A stretch of DNA of 46,444 nucleotides from Clostridiales bacterium. GTDB lineage: Bacteria; Bacillota; Clostridia; HGM11327. A model generated the notes under the pieces. The model made no database searches and was not told where the DNA came from. It saw nothing but the letters and a program-made list of their open reading frames with translations. The position numbers and the translations under genes were made by a program. Location of the stretch: assembly GCA_015056475.1 (NCBI GenBank), contig SVGF01000002.1, forward strand, positions 1 through 46,444, given 5' to 3'. This document shows positions 19,526-27,662 of the stretch, piece after piece (within the stretch, counting starts at the first letter, position 1; the number at the start of each line of letters is the position of its first letter).

Positions 19526-19789
19526 ATGGATAAGGCAAGAAAGACAGAACTCATCGAACAGTTCAAGACACATGAGGGTGACACAGGTTCACCTGAGGTA
19601 CAGATCGCTCTCCTCACAGAGAGAATCAACCACCTCAACGAGCACCTCAAGGTTAACAAGCAGGACAAGCACTCAAGACGTGGTCTTCTCATGATGGTTG
19701 GTAAGCGTAAGGGCTTGCTCAGCTACCTTGAGTCAAAGGACATCAACCGTTACCGTGCTATCGTAGCTAAGTGCGGTCTCAGAAAGTAA
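19526..19789 (+). CDS. rpsO: 30S ribosomal protein S15
   Basis: ...[47 protein letters not shown]; 87 aa. Confidence 0.97.
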   Translation: MDKARKTELIEQFKTHEGDTGSPEVQIALLTERINHLNEHLKVNKQDKHSRRGLLMMVGKRKGLLSYLESKDINRYRAIVAKCGLRK

Positions 19790-20024
19790 TTTTTTTCTGA
19801 CTGTTCGGGCGGGCGTTCTATATTATATAGAATGTCTGCCCAATCTGCTCAAAATTAGTAATTTTCAAAGCTCGGCGTATTTTTTGCCGTGCTTTGGAAA
19901 TCATTAAATGGCAAAAATAAATAATATATATTTAGATTCTCGTTGGAGCCAAAAAGCGGTTAAGTTAAGGCTTTATTTGCAAGTTGCGCTTTGTTGGTGT
20001 TGATAACGAATGAAAGGAGAAAAA

Positions 20025-22214
20025 ATGGAAGTAAAGACATATTCCATGGAGCTTGCAGGCAAGACCCTCACAGTTGAGTTGGGCAGAATGGCTGAGCAGG
20101 CAAACGGTGCATGTACAGTTACCTACGGCGAAACAGTTGTATTCGTAGCAGTTACAGCATCCGAATCCCCCCGTCCCGGCATGGACTTCTTCCCGTTGAG
20201 CGTAGAGTTCCAGGAAAAGCTCTACTCAGTAGGCAGGATCCCCGGCGGTTTTATCAAGAGAGAGGGCAAGCCCACAGATAAGGGCATCCTCACGTCCCGT
20301 CTTATTGACAGACCTATCCGTCCCCTTTTCCCCCATGGTATGAGAAACGACGTATTGGTAGTAGCAAATCCCTTGTCCGTTGACCCGGAATTCCCACCGG
20401 ATGTATTCGCTATGATCGGTTCTTCCGTAGCACTCAGCGTATCCGATATTCCGTGGGAAGGCCCCACAGGCTCAGTTGCTGTTGGCCTTGTTGACGGCGA
20501 GCTTATCATTAATCCTAATGCTGCACAGAGAGAAAAGAGCCTCTTGAGCCTCACAGTTGCAGGTACAAAGGACAATATCCTCATGGTAGAGGCAGGTGCT
20601 AAGGAAGTTCCCGAGGACACAATGCTTGACGCTATCATGCTCGCTCACGACTATATCAAGCAGATTGTTGAGTTCATCGAGGGTATTGTTGCTGAATGCG
20701 GCAAGGAAAAGAAGGAATTCACACTTTATAACGCAGGTGACGATATCGACGCACAGATCCGTCCCTTCGCAACTCCCCTTATTCAGGACGCTATGAAGCA
20801 CCTCGTTCGTGCTGAAAGAGAAGTAGCTCAGGATGCCGCAACAGAGGCTATCCACGCTGAATTTGATGCTATCATCCCCGAGGAAAGAAAGTGGGAGATC
20901 GATGAGGTCATCTATAACATCACAAAGGAAACAATGAGAAGACGTATTCTCGACGAAGGCATCCGCCCCGACGGCAGAGCACTCACAGAGATCCGTCCCA
21001 TCAACGTTCAGGTTGGACTTACTCCCAGAACACACGGTACAGGCCTTTTCACAAGAGGTCAGACACAGGTTCTTTCTATCTGTACTCTCGGTGCAAAGAC
21101 AGACGTTCAGATGCTCGACGGTCTTTGGGAGGACGATTCCAAGAGATATATCCACCACTACAACTTCCCGCCGTACAGCACGGGCGAAGCTAAGGCTATG
21201 AGAGGCCCCGGCAGACGTGAGATCGGTCACGGTGCACTTGCAGAAAGAGCACTTGAGCCCGTTATCCCCACAGAAAACGACTTCCCCTACACTATCCGTG
21301 TAGTATCCGAGGTTATGAGCTCCAACGGTTCAACGTCCCAGGCAAGCGTTTGCGGCAGCACACTCGCTCTTATGGACGCAGGTGTTCCGATCAAGGCTCC
21401 CGTTGCAGGTATCGCTATGGGTCTTATCAAGGATAAGGGCAGCGACAACCTCGCAGTTCTTTCCGATATCCAGGGTCTTGAGGACTTCCTAGGCGATATG
21501 GACTTCAAGGTTGCAGGTACAGCAGCAGGTATCACAGCTATCCAGATGGATATGAAGATCGACGGTATCAACAGAGGCGTATTCGAAACAGCACTCGCAC
21601 AGGCTCGTCAGGGTAGACTCTTCATCCTCGGCAAGATGCTTGAGGTTATCGAAACTCCCAGAACAGAGCTCTCCAAGTATGCTCCCAAGATCATCCGTCT
21701 TAACATCAACCCCGACAAGATCCGTGACGTTATCGGACCCGGAGGCAAGGTTATCAACCAGATCATCGATGCTACAGGCGTTAAGATCGACATTGAGGAT
21801 GACGGTAAGGTATTCATCTACGCTCAGGATCAGGAAAGCGGTATGAGCGCACTCAAGATGGTAGAGGACATCGTTGCTGAGGTTGAGGTAGGCAAGATCT
21901 ACACAGGCACAGTAACAAGAATCGAAAGCTACGGCGCTTTCATCGACGTTCTTCCCGGTAAGTCCGGTATGTGCCACATCTCCAAGATCTCTTACGACAG
22001 AATCGACAAGGTAGAGGATGTTCTTAAGATCGGTGACGTTGTTAACGTAAAGGTTATCAACATCGACGAAAAGGGCAGAGTTGACCTTTCCATCAAGGAT
22101 ACACTTCCCGAAAGACCCGAAAAGAAGCACGAGCCTAAGGGCGAAGGCAAGCATGAGGGCAAGGAAAGAAGACGCGAGAAGAAAGAGCACAAGGAAGAAA
22201 AGACAGAAGAATAA
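20025..22214 (+). CDS. pnp: Polyribonucleotide nucleotidyltransferase (PNPase) with a Lys/Glu-rich C-terminal tail
   Basis: Two RNase PH domains (NGSTSQASVCGSTLALMDAGVP), then KH and S1 domains. Start at ATG 20025 after AAAGGAG. Confidence 0.97.
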   Translation: MEVKTYSMELAGKTLTVELGRMAEQANGACTVTYGETVVFVAVTASESPRPGMDFFPLSVEFQEKLYSVGRIPGGFIKREGKPTDKGILTSRLIDRPIRPLFPHGMRNDVLVVANPLSVDPEFPPDVFAMIGSSVALSVSDIPWEGPTGSVAVGLVDGELIINPNAAQREKSLLSLTVAGTKDNILMVEAGAKEVPEDTMLDAIMLAHDYIKQIVEFIEGIVAECGKEKKEFTLYNAGDDIDAQIRPFATPLIQDAMKHLVRAEREVAQDAATEAIHAEFDAIIPEERKWEIDEVIYNITKETMRRRILDEGIRPDGRALTEIRPINVQVGLTPRTHGTGLFTRGQTQVLSICTLGAKTDVQMLDGLWEDDSKRYIHHYNFPPYSTGEAKAMRGPGRREIGHGALAERALEPVIPTENDFPYTIRVVSEVMSSNGSTSQASVCGSTLALMDAGVPIKAPVAGIAMGLIKDKGSDNLAVLSDIQGLEDFLGDMDFKVAGTAAGITAIQMDMKIDGINRGVFETALAQARQGRLFILGKMLEVIETPRTELSKYAPKIIRLNINPDKIRDVIGPGGKVINQIIDATGVKIDIEDDGKVFIYAQDQESGMSALKMVEDIVAEVEVGKIYTGTVTRIESYGAFIDVLPGKSGMCHISKISYDRIDKVEDVLKIGDVVNVKVINIDEKGRVDLSIKDTLPERPEKKHEPKGEGKHEGKERRREKKEHKEEKTEE

Positions 22215-22238
22215 TTGATCTTTTAATATGATTTTAAG

Positions 22239-22267
22239 ATGGGCTGAGTTATCAGCCCATTTTTTTA
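22239..22267 (+). terminator. Rho-independent terminator after pnp
   Basis: ATGGGCTGA-GTTA-TCAGCCCAT (9-bp stem) followed by a run of seven T. Confidence 0.85.
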
Positions 22268-22338
22268 TCTCATTCGGAATATTTTATCCCCGATTTCAGT
22301 ATATTTAACTACAAAAGAATATCGATCGGGGGACAATT

Positions 22339-23043
22339 ATGAATCTTTTTAAGAAATCCGGGCTTACAAATCTCTTTATTGTGGGTCTGCTTGTGTTTGC
22401 GTGGATAATGATGGGTGTTGACGACACTGCAAGGGTGATAAACGATGCCAAGGGTAATCCCATTTACAAGGGCAGCGACGATAAAAACGCCGTATCCATA
22501 GCAATGAACGTTGTGTGGGGCGATGAATACCTTGACGCAATATTGAATATCTTAAAGGAAAATGACGTTAAGATCACGTTTTTCGTGGGTGGCAAATGGG
22601 CGCAAAATTCGTCCGATATGCTCAAAAGAATGGTTGCCGAGGGGCACGAGATAGGCTCGCACAGCTATGACCACGAGCATTTTGAACAGCTCAGCTATAC
22701 GCAGTCGGTTGAAAAAATAAAAAAGGCAGCGGACGTTATATATTCTATTTGCGGATTCGCGCCAATGCTTTTTGCACCACCCTACGGCGAATTCAACGAC
22801 ACGACCTTGAGAGCATCCCGCGACCTTGGCTGTAAAACAATAATGTGGAGTCTTGATACCATCGATTGGCGGGGTGACGGCGTTACCGCAATACTGAACA
22901 GAGTAAAGAAGAATTGCCACAACGGCGCAATAATTCTTACACACCCAACTGCCGACACAGTTACTGCTCTGCCCGAAATAATTGCAACAGTCAGGCAAAG
23001 TGGCAGAGAGTTTGTTACCGTTGGGGAAATGATAACTGACTGA
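22339..23043 (+). CDS. Polysaccharide deacetylase (NodB-domain, YlxY-like)
   Basis: N-terminal TM anchor, TFFVGG, HSYDH and ...DTIDW motifs. Its position after pnp matches the Bacillus pnpA-ylxY-mlpA order. Confidence 0.8.
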   Translation: MNLFKKSGLTNLFIVGLLVFAWIMMGVDDTARVINDAKGNPIYKGSDDKNAVSIAMNVVWGDEYLDAILNILKENDVKITFFVGGKWAQNSSDMLKRMVAEGHEIGSHSYDHEHFEQLSYTQSVEKIKKAADVIYSICGFAPMLFAPPYGEFNDTTLRASRDLGCKTIMWSLDTIDWRGDGVTAILNRVKKNCHNGAIILTHPTADTVTALPEIIATVRQSGREFVTVGEMITD

Positions 23044-23133
23044 TACATATTTCATTAATTTTTCGCCTCGGGACTTGAAATCTTGGGGCGCTTTTGGTAT
23101 AATATCAATAATATACATAAAAAAGGAATAGCT

Positions 23134-24387
23134 ATGAAAACGTTTGAGTTGCCAAACGGCTTAAGAGTTGTGCTTGAGCCAATGCCATACATGAGATCGG
23201 TGTCCATGGGCATATACGTGGATTGCGGGTCAGCTTATGAGAATAAGCTGAATAACGGCATATCTCATTTTGTGGAGCATCTTTTGTTCAAGGGTACAAA
23301 AAAACGCACAGCCGAAATGATATCCGAGGAGGCAGACGAGCTGGGTGGCACTCTTAACGCCTACACAGCGGAGGAATGCATCTGCATTTACGTTAAGGTG
23401 CTTAAAAATGACGTCAAACGCGCACTTGATCTTTTGTGCGACGTTGCAACCGACCCTATTTTTGACGAGGAAGCCATAGAAAACGAAAAGCGCGTCATAA
23501 TAGAGGAAATTTTGAGTGCCGACGATAACCCCGAGGATGCCGCACAGGAAATGCTCATGTCGGGAATGCTTCCCGATCATCCCATAGGTATGCCCGTGCT
23601 CGGCAATGTTGAAAACGTCGAGTCCTTCAATAAGCACAAATTGGAGAGCTTTTATAAGGCGCATTTTGTGCCGCAGAGCATGGTGCTATCCATTGCAGGC
23701 TGCTTTGATGAAAACGAAATGCTTTCCCTTATCAATAATTCATCTCTTGCATGCTTGAGCAAAAAAGAGATGAACAATACTGTGCACGCAAAAGCCGAAT
23801 TCAGCTCGGGCACCTTTATCAGCCAAAGGGATATAGGTCAGCTTCAGCTTGTGGCGGGCTTTCCTTGCGTTTCAAGGCATGACGATGCTCTGTGTGCGTT
23901 CGTTTTGCTGGCAGGCGTGTTGGCGGGCGACGGCTCGTCAAGGCTTTTCAGAGGCTTAAGGGAGCAAAACGGGCTCGTCTATAACGTTGACGCAACGGTT
24001 GCGGAGTATCGCGACATGGGCGTGTTCTTGATAAATACCGCATTTTCCGCAGAAAATGCCAATGCAGTAAGCAAGATAGTAAACGATCAGATCAAGGACG
24101 TCATCAAAAACGGTGTCAGCCCAAAGGAGCTTGAAAGAGCCAAAAGGAGCGTTATAACCGCGCTTGAGCTTGAAACGGAAGGAACAATGTCGCAAATGTC
24201 TGCAAACGGCAAGGCAGTGCTGTTTGGTATCGACTGCAACGTTGAAAATTTAAGAAGAAAATATATGAACGTCACCAACGAGGACATAATCTCCGCCGCA
24301 AGATCAGCGTTTTTAAGCGGCAATGCAAAGGCAGTAGCTCTGGTCGGCGATTGTGAGGGGCTTGAAGATTTTGCCCTTATATACTGA
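23134..24387 (+). CDS. M16-family zinc peptidase (YmxG/MlpA-like)
   Basis: Inverted zinc motif HFVEHLLFKGT (HxxEH). Start at ATG 23134. Confidence 0.85.
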   Translation: MKTFELPNGLRVVLEPMPYMRSVSMGIYVDCGSAYENKLNNGISHFVEHLLFKGTKKRTAEMISEEADELGGTLNAYTAEECICIYVKVLKNDVKRALDLLCDVATDPIFDEEAIENEKRVIIEEILSADDNPEDAAQEMLMSGMLPDHPIGMPVLGNVENVESFNKHKLESFYKAHFVPQSMVLSIAGCFDENEMLSLINNSSLACLSKKEMNNTVHAKAEFSSGTFISQRDIGQLQLVAGFPCVSRHDDALCAFVLLAGVLAGDGSSRLFRGLREQNGLVYNVDATVAEYRDMGVFLINTAFSAENANAVSKIVNDQIKDVIKNGVSPKELERAKRSVITALELETEGTMSQMSANGKAVLFGIDCNVENLRRKYMNVTNEDIISAARSAFLSGNAKAVALVGDCEGLEDFALIY

Positions 24388-24397
24388 GGAGGATAAA

Positions 24398-24964
24398 ATG
24401 GAATTTTACGAGGTATTAAAAACCAGAAGAAGCATAAGAAAATTTGAGCAGACGCAGATTCCCGACGAAATGCTCAAAAAGCTCGTCGATACCGCAAGGT
24501 ATGCTCCCGCTGCGGCAAACGTACAGCCATTGAAGTATGCCGTTGTGAGGGGCGAAAGGGCAAAGGAGATATTCCCTCTCACAAGGTGGGCAGCACTTCT
24601 TGGAGAAAAAGGCGCTCCAAAGGCTCACGAAGCTCCCGTTGCATACGTGTTCGTAATGACAAATACCAAAAATTCATATAATAAGGAGGCTGATGCCAGC
24701 CTTGCTATTGAAAACATCGTTCTTGCGGCGTGGTATGAGGGCATAGGCTCGTGCATTTTAGGCTCAATAGACAAGCCCAAAATATCAAAGATAATAGATC
24801 TCCCCGAGGACTATGAGATCAATTACGCAGTTGCGCTCGGATATCCCGCACAGACAAGTGTTGCAGAGGAAGAAGAAAACGGCGTAGCATATTATATGGA
24901 CGATAAAGACGTTGTTCACGTTCCAAAGAGAAAGCTTTGTGACGTTTCGTATTTTGTTGATTGA
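24398..24964 (+). CDS. Nitroreductase-family protein
   Basis: MEFYEVLKTRRSIRKF...AP.AAN.QP. GGAGG RBS before ATG 24398. Confidence 0.8.
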   Translation: MEFYEVLKTRRSIRKFEQTQIPDEMLKKLVDTARYAPAAANVQPLKYAVVRGERAKEIFPLTRWAALLGEKGAPKAHEAPVAYVFVMTNTKNSYNKEADASLAIENIVLAAWYEGIGSCILGSIDKPKISKIIDLPEDYEINYAVALGYPAQTSVAEEEENGVAYYMDDKDVVHVPKRKLCDVSYFVD

Positions 24965-24973
24965 GGTGAAAGC

Positions 24974-27124
24974 ATGAAAATTTGCTTTTTGAGTGATCTG
25001 CACTTGGGATATAACCAAAAATCAGTGCAATACGATGCCCTTGAATGGTATATAAAGGACATGTATCTTCAGCATCCAAACGTTATAGTCATTGCAGGTG
25101 ACCTGACCTCGTGCGGCGATGCTTGTGCCGTTAAAAGATTTACCGAAATGCTCGACAGATACAATGATAGGGTGTTGTTTATTCCTGGTGACAAGGATAT
25201 GCTTTCTAACGATCCGCACGCATTTGAAGCTTTTTCACAAAAGGTTGAATATCAATTTGGTGACTGCAGAATAATAATGCTCCCCGATTGCAAAAGAGAG
25301 CTTACGAAGGCGGATATCGAGCTCCTTGACAGCGCGGATGAAAATGCGTTTGTGGTAATGCATAAGCCTCCCAAAACCGTTTTGGGGGACTATTACACAA
25401 GCTGGCGAGAGGCTCATCCTGCCACAAAGCTTTTCTACGGTCACGTGCATGAAAGCATAATTGACGGTAATACTCACGCATTGCAGTCAGCCGATCCTGA
25501 CTTTGCAACAAACTCAAGCCCGTGTATCACTTATTACGACAGCAAAACGAATGAATTGCGTCAGTCGCAGTATTTTTGCCCCGTGCCCAATGATATTTAC
25601 GGTTATCTTGGCTTTTCGCTCTATTCACCCATTGAGGATATTCGCTATGCAATAGATGAAAAAGTGCCGAATATTGAGCTGAGGGATAATGCCATATACG
25701 TTTCAAAGGATGAGCTTTTACCCCTTGTCAACGAATGGTGGCATACCTGCGGAAAGAGTCTTTCCGTCCATGCTCCGGAGCTGAATTTTGATGATGACGG
25801 TAGCTTTACAAACGTTGAGGAATGGGACAAGTTCATATCACTTTGTCATGACGTTGCCGCAAACAGAATAACCATGCATTCTCCCGAGGTATCAATAACC
25901 GTCATGAAGAATGAAGCTATCGCAAGCAAGATAATTACAAAGGTAGCCGAGCTTGTTGACCTTTTGCCCGAGGGTTGCATTGTTGGTGTTGAAAATATGC
26001 ATGCAGACGAGAATGACCCTGCTGAATATCCAAACCGTCCGTATGGTTTTGTGCCGGAGGAGATCAAGCTCCTGATAGATAGGCTCTCAAAGCTCACGAC
26101 CAAAAAGGTTGGCGCAAATATTGATACAGGCCATGCAAGAAACAATATCCCGCATTGCGATAAGTATCCCGTTGGTACCTGGCTTGCGGAGCTTGGCGAT
26201 ATTGCAGTCGGATACCACGTTCATCAGGTAAAAATGACTCATCGCGGCATAATAAACCATTATTCCATTCACAATATTTACGAGGCGTTCCATTCCCATG
26301 CTTCATTCCTCAGAAGCTGGACAAACGGCATCATCAATAAGGTACCCGTTATCTTTGAGATAAGAGAAAAGGACGGCTTTAAGCCCACGCTTGAGCTTTT
26401 CAAGAGCTACAGGAATAAAAATATTTTTGATCTGCACAATCATACTCATTACAGCTTCTGCGGTAGGGGTGAGATGGAGGACCTTGTTAAGGTTGGTATC
26501 GAAAACGGAATCAAAACAATGGGCATCAGTGACCACAATTACGGCATAGGTGAGAGAAAACGTGAATATCACGACGAGGTGAGATTCCTTGCTGAAAAAT
26601 ACAGCAACGAAATTCGCCTTTTGTGCGGTATTGAGATAGAAGTTTTCGTTGACTGCTTTGATTTCCCGAAATTTGATTTTAGTGTAATATCCGATTATGA
26701 TTATTGCCTCGTTGAGGGCATAGATTGCATCCACAAGGTGATCGAGGATCATGAGCTGCTTGATTTCTGCAGCAGTATCGGCTTGCCCTGCGGTATTGCG
26801 CATTACGATCTGTTTGAATGGGCTAACAGTCACTCAATACCGCCCAGAGAATTCTTTGCAGAGATGGCAAAGCGCAATATATTCTGGGAGATGAACGTAA
26901 GGTATGACAGCGTCCATCAGTTTGAGGAGCTTGCTTACGTGGATGATTTCTTTAACGATCCCGAAAAAATAGCCCTCATCAAAGAGCTTGGTGTATACGT
27001 CAGCGTTGGCTCGGATTGCCACAGAGCAAATGAATATCCCGGCAAAAGGGTTCACGACGCAAATGACCGCCTCAGACAGCTTGGTATACTTACTGCGGAC
27101 GAGCTTATACTAAAGCATAAATAA
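24974..27124 (+). CDS. Tri-domain fusion protein: calcineurin-like metallophosphoesterase, xylose-isomerase-like TIM barrel (AP_endonuc_2-type) and PHP-domain phosphoesterase
   Basis: N-terminal domain: MKICFLSDLHLG, VIAGDLTSCGD, IPGDKD, VMHKPP, GHVHES. Middle domain: LSVHAPELNF..., ITMHSPE..., VGVENMH..., ANIDTGHA..., YHVHQV. C-terminal domain from about 26420: IFDLHNHTHYSFCG...MGISDHNYG...CGIEIE...VGSDCH. Confidence 0.8.
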   Translation: MKICFLSDLHLGYNQKSVQYDALEWYIKDMYLQHPNVIVIAGDLTSCGDACAVKRFTEMLDRYNDRVLFIPGDKDMLSNDPHAFEAFSQKVEYQFGDCRIIMLPDCKRELTKADIELLDSADENAFVVMHKPPKTVLGDYYTSWREAHPATKLFYGHVHESIIDGNTHALQSADPDFATNSSPCITYYDSKTNELRQSQYFCPVPNDIYGYLGFSLYSPIEDIRYAIDEKVPNIELRDNAIYVSKDELLPLVNEWWHTCGKSLSVHAPELNFDDDGSFTNVEEWDKFISLCHDVAANRITMHSPEVSITVMKNEAIASKIITKVAELVDLLPEGCIVGVENMHADENDPAEYPNRPYGFVPEEIKLLIDRLSKLTTKKVGANIDTGHARNNIPHCDKYPVGTWLAELGDIAVGYHVHQVKMTHRGIINHYSIHNIYEAFHSHASFLRSWTNGIINKVPVIFEIREKDGFKPTLELFKSYRNKNIFDLHNHTHYSFCGRGEMEDLVKVGIENGIKTMGISDHNYGIGERKREYHDEVRFLAEKYSNEIRLLCGIEIEVFVDCFDFPKFDFSVISDYDYCLVEGIDCIHKVIEDHELLDFCSSIGLPCGIAHYDLFEWANSHSIPPREFFAEMAKRNIFWEMNVRYDSVHQFEELAYVDDFFNDPEKIALIKELGVYVSVGSDCHRANEYPGKRVHDANDRLRQLGILTADELILKHK

Positions 27125-27131
27125 ATATTCT

Positions 27132-27161
27132 GACTGCTGAACTTTTCGGCAGTCTTTTTTA
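27132..27161 (+). terminator. Rho-independent terminator after the fusion gene
   Basis: GACTGCTG-AACTTTT-CGGCAGTC (8 bp including one G-U pair) followed by TTTTTT. Confidence 0.8.
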
Positions 27162-27203
27162 TTATTGACGTTAAAAATTTTGACATAATTTTTAAAAAAA
27201 CTA

Positions 27204-27232
27204 TTGACAAGAAGCACGTTTAGTGGTATAAT
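27204..27232 (+). promoter_or_regulatory. Consensus sigma-A promoter of the feo operon
   Basis: TTGACA (27204-27209), 17-nt spacer, TATAAT (27227-27232). Confidence 0.75.
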
Positions 27233-27309
27233 ATCCACAGTTAGGCAAGACTAACTCGCGCACACAAATGTATATTGCTCAAAAGCCGCGAGTCAAAGGA
27301 GATGTTTTA

Positions 27310-27531
27310 GTGAATACGTTAAAGGATGTAAAAATAGGCAACAAGGCAAAGGTTGTAAAGCTCCATGGAGAAGGCGCTATAAAGCGCAGAATTATGGATA
27401 TGGGCATTACAAAGGGTGTTGAGGTCAGAGTTCGTAAGGTCGCTCCTCTTGGTGATCCGATCGAGATAACCGTCAGAGGTTATGAGTTGTCACTCAGAAA
27501 AGAAGATGCGCAGATGATAGAGGTGGAGTGA
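27310..27531 (+). CDS. feoA: Ferrous iron transport protein A
   Basis: FeoA SH3-like pattern ...AKVVKLHGEGAIKRRIMDMGITKGVEVRVRKVAPLGDPIEI.VRGYELSLRK.DA..I.V. GTG 27310 is preceded by AAAGGAG; the track's ATG 27268 has no RBS. Confidence 0.85.
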   Translation: MNTLKDVKIGNKAKVVKLHGEGAIKRRIMDMGITKGVEVRVRKVAPLGDPIEITVRGYELSLRKEDAQMIEVE

Positions 27532-27662
27532 TTTTTTCATAATTCATAACTGATAGTTTTTTGAATTGCTCAACGGGTTGTAAGTTATGAATTATGATTG
27601 GTATCGCCAACCTTTTTAATTGATATTAAGTTAGTTAAAACTAACGATGAAAGGATTACAGT

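Noticed and set aside
20222-22192. Several long minus-strand ORFs inside pnp (138, 252, 233 and 94 aa)
   Set aside because: All are antisense to an unmistakable PNPase reading frame, and none has a recognisable motif or RBS.
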